Notes under the pieces: generated by a model
Told to the model about the DNA's origin: nothing
What the model saw: the letters and a program-made list of their open reading frames with translations, nothing else
Database searches by the model: none
Made by a program: the position numbers and the translations under genes
Shown here: piece by piece, positions 58,982-64,000 of the stretch
How the letters are laid out: the number at the start of each line of letters is the position of its first letter
How positions within the stretch are numbered: the stretch's first letter is position 1
Virus record (IMG/VR): IMGVR_UViG_3300045971_000344
Location: 1 to 64,000 of that record
Length of the DNA stretch: 64,000 nucleotides
Direction: 5' to 3' (one strand)

Positions 58982-59400
58982 ATGGATCAACAACAGGTAA
59001 GTTGGAAATTTGGAAAAGGTCAACTGGTAAAAGTTGTCAACCATGAATTGCAGGGTACTATCGGGGTCATTGTAGACAGGTACTCTAAACCGGCCCGATA
59101 TTTCGGACCCTTGTGCTTAGGTCCCTATCCAGAATTATATGAGGTTTCAACTCCGGCACAAACTCTGGAATTATTGCCTTGCTGTTTAACACCTTTATTA
59201 CTAGGAGCCGACTGATGAAAGTAACAATCCGGTGTCCGGTATGTGGAGTGTTAAATGTCGTAGATTGCATTACTTCAAACGTAAGTGATAATCCCGTACT
59301 TACTATTGAGTCCGAGGCAATCTATGACTCTACGGAGTTTGAGTGTCCAAAGTGTAAAAAGGAAGTACGGGTTCAAATATCAGTCGAATTATTTGAATAA
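58982..59400 (+). other. Two small CDS (58982..59215; 59215..59400 zinc ribbon)
   Basis: CPVC...CPKC in the second. Confidence 0.55.
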
Positions 59401-59408
59401 AGGAGATA

Positions 59409-60062
59409 ATGATGATGATGAATATAGATCGCGCCTCAACTATACTGGGAATAAATCCTCCGATACCGATTGAAAAGTTGATGCAAATATATCGAGCGAA
59501 GGCACAGGAACTACACCCGGATAAGGAATCCGGAAGTCACGAGAAATTCCTGGAGCTTAAACAGGCGTTTGATTTATTCAGGACCTTGGTTAGAGATGAG
59601 CGGAGTTATGATTCCACGGTATATACAACCAACGGGATAGCACTTCACACCTTGGGAAAAGGGCTTGGCAACAAAAATGGATTGACTTGTACTGACTGTG
59701 AAGGCCGTGGTTATAATTCGTATCCTAAACATAAGTATTCGGACTGCCCGCACTGCAAGGGTCATGGAAACATTTGTTGTGACTGTTCCGGTACTGGTAA
59801 GTTTATTCAGAAGAATACCAAACGCGAAGTTTCGTGCAAGACCTGCGAAGGTCAGGGATTTATCTCGGATATTACTCCATATATTAACTGGAGAAAATTC
59901 CAAAGGTCGATGTGTATCCATTGTTGGGGTTCTGGTCGGGGGTACTACGAGACAACGGAACTCGCACACGAATTTTGCCATAAGTGTAAAGGTACTGGAG
60001 AAACAGAAATGTGGAATCCGGTGCTGCAAAAACTTGCAATTCTGAAAGAGAGGCTTAAATGA
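59409..60062 (+). CDS. DnaJ-like protein: J-domain plus six CxxCxGxG repeats
   Basis: LHPDK motif; CTDCEGRG, CPHCKGHG, CCDCSGTG, CKTCEGQG, CIHCWGSG, CHKCKGTG. Confidence 0.85.
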   Translation: MMMMNIDRASTILGINPPIPIEKLMQIYRAKAQELHPDKESGSHEKFLELKQAFDLFRTLVRDERSYDSTVYTTNGIALHTLGKGLGNKNGLTCTDCEGRGYNSYPKHKYSDCPHCKGHGNICCDCSGTGKFIQKNTKREVSCKTCEGQGFISDITPYINWRKFQRSMCIHCWGSGRGYYETTELAHEFCHKCKGTGETEMWNPVLQKLAILKERLK

Positions 60063-61070
60063 AACTTAAGAACATAACTATTTATTTCAAGAACGGTGAG
60101 GTTACTTGTGTCCACAATGCTCAAAACTTTAGCATAAGTAATGAGCAGGTAATAGTGGACTTCATAGCCGCCAATGATAATCCGTCTTGTGTTCAGTGCA
60201 ATCAAGATTCGATTGAGCGCATTGTAATGACCCAACTCCCAGTTAAAGGAGCTAAGTATGAGTGAGGATATAAGTAAAAGAGTTATAACACCAAATCAGC
60301 GAAAGGCCATTTTGGAAATTGACCCAAAGGCTACATTCTCTGAGGATGGTAGCATAGTTTACACCTGCATAGTTTATGACTACCTGTGTGATATTTTTGA
60401 CAACATAGATTAGAGGTGAATATGAATAAGATAGAGCACCTAACACGGGAACAAATACTGACAGAAGTTGACAACGCAGGTTTCATCTTGATGTATCGCC
60501 TATCAGATGAAACCTGCGCTGAACTTGACAGGCTACAAGCAGAAGGTATATTGGCAACGGCTAGGGAAGAAGGAATTTCATTTATAAATGAGGATTACTT
60601 TTATATGCGTAAAGGCAACCCGGCTGGAGTCCACAGAGTAAGTGACAAGCGCGGAATGGAATCCTGGCTTGAAAAGGAGAAAGTATGACATACACAATGG
60701 AGTATATCAATGAACAATGGCCTGAGCATGGGTATAGTAGCTGTAATGACAAAAATATGGCAAATTCAGGTTTCAACCGATGTGCCAGATGTACGGCACT
60801 AGAACTTCGGGAACTTGAGATTCGCAGACTCAAGGATAAAGGTGTAGAAATTGACGAAGAGGAGTAACTATGGACTTTTTATTTACACAAGAAGCAATGC
60901 AGTTGTATTTTACCGCAGTAAGTTTTACATGCCTAGGTTATTGTATAGGCCTCCGTTACCGTCTAAAACTCCGATTGGTAATAATCAATATGGAGTATGA
61001 TTTTGCACAACGTACTGGACAATTCTCACGTTCTATAGAAAAAGTTATTGAAACTTACAAGGAGAAATAA
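60059..61070 (+). other. Small hypothetical CDS (60059..60265, 60422..60688, 60685..60867, 60870..61070)
   Basis: ORFs with RBS. Confidence 0.55.
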
Positions 61071-61072
61071 TC

Positions 61073-61267
61073 ATGAGTAAACCACAGATATTTTAATGGC
61101 TACGGACAAGGGGGGTTGAAATTTCTACCGTAGCGTTCGACCATAAAGAACGTGATGCAAATGTAATAGAAGTTAAAGAGGTTGCTTTCAATACACACCC
61201 TAATGCCACACAAAATATTCTGAGAAACATTCTGTTCAAAGCCGGAGTTGATGTAGTAATGGAATAG
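61073..61267 (+). pseudogene. Small gene with an in-frame TAA at codon 8
   Basis: AAGGAG RBS, ATG 61073, MSKPQIF*WLRTRGVEI...VVME*. Confidence 0.5.
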
Positions 61268-61459
61268 ACTAAACTAAAAAGGAGAGTAAAATGTACGGAG
61301 ACCAACTTGAGGTAAATGATGCCTTCATGATTTTTATAAACACAATCAGACCTCGCCCATTACTGGGCGAGATACAACTTCTTGCCGCCTTCTGTCAGTA
61401 TTTGAATACTGAGGACGTAACAACTATTCCAGGTTATGGACTTGATAAAGGAGTATCCG

Positions 61460-62050
61460 ATGCGAAATAAAATGAAAATAAAAGGCACAATTACTGGTAG
61501 GGCATCAAGAGTTTCATCGAAAGCTGGTTTACTTCTGAATGATCTTCTGGTATTTATAGGCATTGCTTTTGACTTTACATATGCTCATAACAGACTTACT
61601 ACTCAGATAGCAGATAGTGTTTCATTTCTGGAGGAGTCAGAGTTGATTGAGTGGGAGGAAGTGGACTCAGAAAATCCAGATGAGGGTTCAGACCGCTTTT
61701 TACGCCTTACAGATAAGGGCAAAGTGTATCTTAATGGGCTGACTAGCTTGCCTCTTCCAGTTCCAAAAACTGTTTGGGCAGTTCCAACAAAGGAGTGACC
61801 AATGGCTAAAATTTCAGAATGGGTACACTTAGAAACTATTGGCGTTTTGTTCTGTATAGACCAGGAGTATGAACTTAAAGAAGGTGAGGCTACGGAGTTA
61901 GCCTTGCGTTGGCTAATGACACACGATGTAATTCTGTGTGAGTCTGATGCTAAAATGAAGAAAGAACTTCCTTTTTACTTGCTGGACTATGCAGTTACCA
62001 CAAAGGGTAAGGACTATCTCATGTCATTATTAACCGTACCACTGGTTTAA
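61460..62050 (+). other. Two winged-helix-like paralogs (61460..61798, 61802..62050)
   Basis: LTDKGKVYL and VTTKGKDYL motifs. Confidence 0.5.
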
Positions 62051-62072
62051 CAAATAAATAAAGGAGAAACCG

Positions 62073-63250
62073 ATGAGCACAGATAAACTTGAACTTTATA
62101 TTTGTACAACCTGCAATCAAGGTTTCAACGCTAAACTAGATGCAGAAAGATGTCATAAAGCGATACCAGTAAAAGTTGAAGGTACGCTATACACTGAGTT
62201 TAATACCGTTCAGGTAGAAATAGTTTCTGATGTTAAAGACTACTACTATAAAAATTCTCATGGAAACCTTAGGAGCGTACCACCAAGAGCAAAAATAGTA
62301 GCAATTTGGGATGCACCAGTAGTTGACGGCGAAACCTTGATGGAGGTATACTAAAATGAGAGATGAAGAACTCTGTGCTTTCGACCGCAAGTATGGATCA
62401 AAGCATCCAGACTTAATTCAGCGCATGGCCTTTCGCAAAGAGCCTAGAAAGACACCGTTTGACTTTGATGATTTGCTGTCAATGGATTACATGGGTTCAT
62501 CAGAGTTTGAGTGGGGTGCAATGCCTAAGTCACTAAAGCGTATTGTCAGGACGATAAACTCAAGGTTTATCCACAAGTATCCTGCAGTTGACTTTCGTGG
62601 TGACAACCTTTGCTTGCTGGCCCGAACACAAGAAGAAGCGGATAAGTACTATGGCTGGCTCGTCCAACTTTTGTCAGGTAAATCATATCAGGAAGTTGGT
62701 TGGAAACCACGAGAGTTTACAAACTTGTGGGAACAACTTCCACATGAAAAACCGTATTTGAATGACCCTGTTATTCACCGACAGAAAATTGAGGTCTACC
62801 GCTATGGTAGAGAGTCAACTAATGCTTGGTGGGACTTGGAATTCGATATAGTTTTCTGCTTCGGTCATAAAAAGTTGACAAAAATAAAACACTCTATTAT
62901 ACAAATACTGAGGAATAAACAAGCCATTATATTTGAACCTACGACTATGCCGAATGAGCGTATGAAGGCAGAGGAATGGGTTAACGAACCTGAATAAGGA
63001 GTGAACTATGGCACGGATGAAGTACATTGTTATTGACCGAGAGAAAGTTGCGGTGTTCAGCGATTTATTTACCCACTCGGAGTTTAAACCAATGGGTAAT
63101 ATCACCAGTGCAGGATTTGTTGTTATAGGTGAAGACCACGGTAAGTGCGATACCACTTGTACCATTTGGGGCGAGTCAGTTTCCTTGGGAGTTAAGTCAG
63201 ACCAAGAACTTGACGAAAAGTTGATAAACAGAATGTTGACCAGATACTAG
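62073..63250 (+). other. Three hypothetical CDS (62073..62354, 62356..62997, 63008..63250)
   Basis: ORFs with RBS. Confidence 0.6.
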
Positions 63251-63259
63251 GAGGTACTA

Positions 63260-63766
63260 ATGGAAAGAATAAAATGTCCTGTGTGCAATCGAAAAGTTGA
63301 CGTTATAAGGAATCGACTAAAGTCACATCCAGTCTATATTGGGAACAGCACAATGAGTGGCGGAATCTGCCAAGGAAGTATGTTAGATATAACAAGAGAA
63401 AAGGAGAAAGTTATGGGAGCAAAAGGTAAGAAGAAGATATATGTACCGACCAGAGCAGAGGGTATCGTGCTGTCCGTAATGGATATTATGGTGCTGACTA
63501 AAATACTATTAACTCCAGGTTGTTATTTCAGTATGAATGGAATACCTTTCATTGAAAAAGAATCAATTACTTATTTGGAAGAACACCAGTTGATTGATAC
63601 TACTGATGAATGGGTTGCACCGGAAGATTCAGATGAGGATGACGACTGTGATGACTCAGAAGGTGAATTCTACAAGGTAACAGAGAAGGGTGAAATATAT
63701 TTGGATGCACTGACTAAAGTTAAACTTCCAATCCCAACAACTGTGTGGGCTATACCAAAGGAGTGA
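63260..63766 (+). CDS. Zinc-ribbon plus winged-helix-like protein; second in-frame start at 63413; paralog of 61460
   Basis: CPVC...; VTEKGEIYL...LPIPTTVWAIPKE versus LPVPKTVWAVPTKE. Confidence 0.6.
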   Translation: MERIKCPVCNRKVDVIRNRLKSHPVYIGNSTMSGGICQGSMLDITREKEKVMGAKGKKKIYVPTRAEGIVLSVMDIMVLTKILLTPGCYFSMNGIPFIEKESITYLEEHQLIDTTDEWVAPEDSDEDDDCDDSEGEFYKVTEKGEIYLDALTKVKLPIPTTVWAIPKE

Positions 63767-63769
63767 ACC

Positions 63770-64000
63770 ATGCAAGGTAAACCAGTGGAAGTAATAAGAC
63801 ACATTGATACCGGAAGACTAGGTTTCTACGGAACTTATACGGGACGGTCAGTTGGAAGAATAATTCACTTCCTCTATGACATTTATAAACTGCATAATGC
63901 AGACCGATATACTATAGGCTCAGGTGAAGTTATGTATGCCAGAGATTTAGTGGCTACTTATAGTTGGCTTGAGGATACAGATGTACCTATATTTGATGAT
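63770..64000 (+). CDS. Partial hypothetical CDS running off the window
   Basis: AAGGAG plus ATG 63770; no in-frame stop noticed before the window end. Confidence 0.45.
   Translation, partial: MQGKPVEVIRHIDTGRLGFYGTYTGRSVGRIIHFLYDIYKLHNADRYTIGSGEVMYARDLVATYSWLEDTDVPIFDD

Noticed and set aside
53152-61096. Stop-codon recoding (alternative genetic code)
   Set aside because: Only two isolated read-through-like cases; TAA, TAG and TGA all terminate well-defined genes followed by new RBSs; the tRNA is not a suppressor

Overview
This is a 64-kb fragment of a large, AT-rich, jumbo-type dsDNA bacteriophage genome. Nearly all genes are on the + strand; the one credible - strand gene is a free-standing GIY-YIG endonuclease. 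There are three zones. (1) 1-31.9 kb holds the replication/recombination core (DnaB-like helicase, primase, Cas4-like nuclease, sigma-like factor, gp32-like SSB with a huge Asp/Lys tail, RecA/UvsX, SbcCD, DnaX-like clamp loader, Dda-like helicase), a PAS-GGDEF diguanylate cyclase, QueD, and a candidate 7-deazaguanine/glycosylation DNA-modification cluster (PAPS-reductase family, PIG-L + DpdL-like fusion, two glycosyltransferases, TGT/DpdA-like). (2) 32.1-49 kb and 54.3-64 kb hold many small early-type genes behind near-consensus sigma70 promoters, including a serpin-like protein, a TrpF-like barrel, a GNAT and a DnaJ-like protein. (3) 49.2-54.3 kb holds charge-biased low-complexity proteins behind a repeated AACTGTAAAT motif, a nucleotidyltransferase, tRNA-Leu(UAA) and an unannotated ~390-nt structured region. 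The most striking observation is in that region. 53495-53593 folds into a complete 23S rRNA L1-stalk (H76-H78) mimic with compensatory base changes, and 53210-53490 carries collinear islands of similarity to the 16S rRNA head domain, so this looks like a phage-encoded rRNA-mimic ncRNA. All family calls come from motif reading and recalled consensus sequences; no database search was run.
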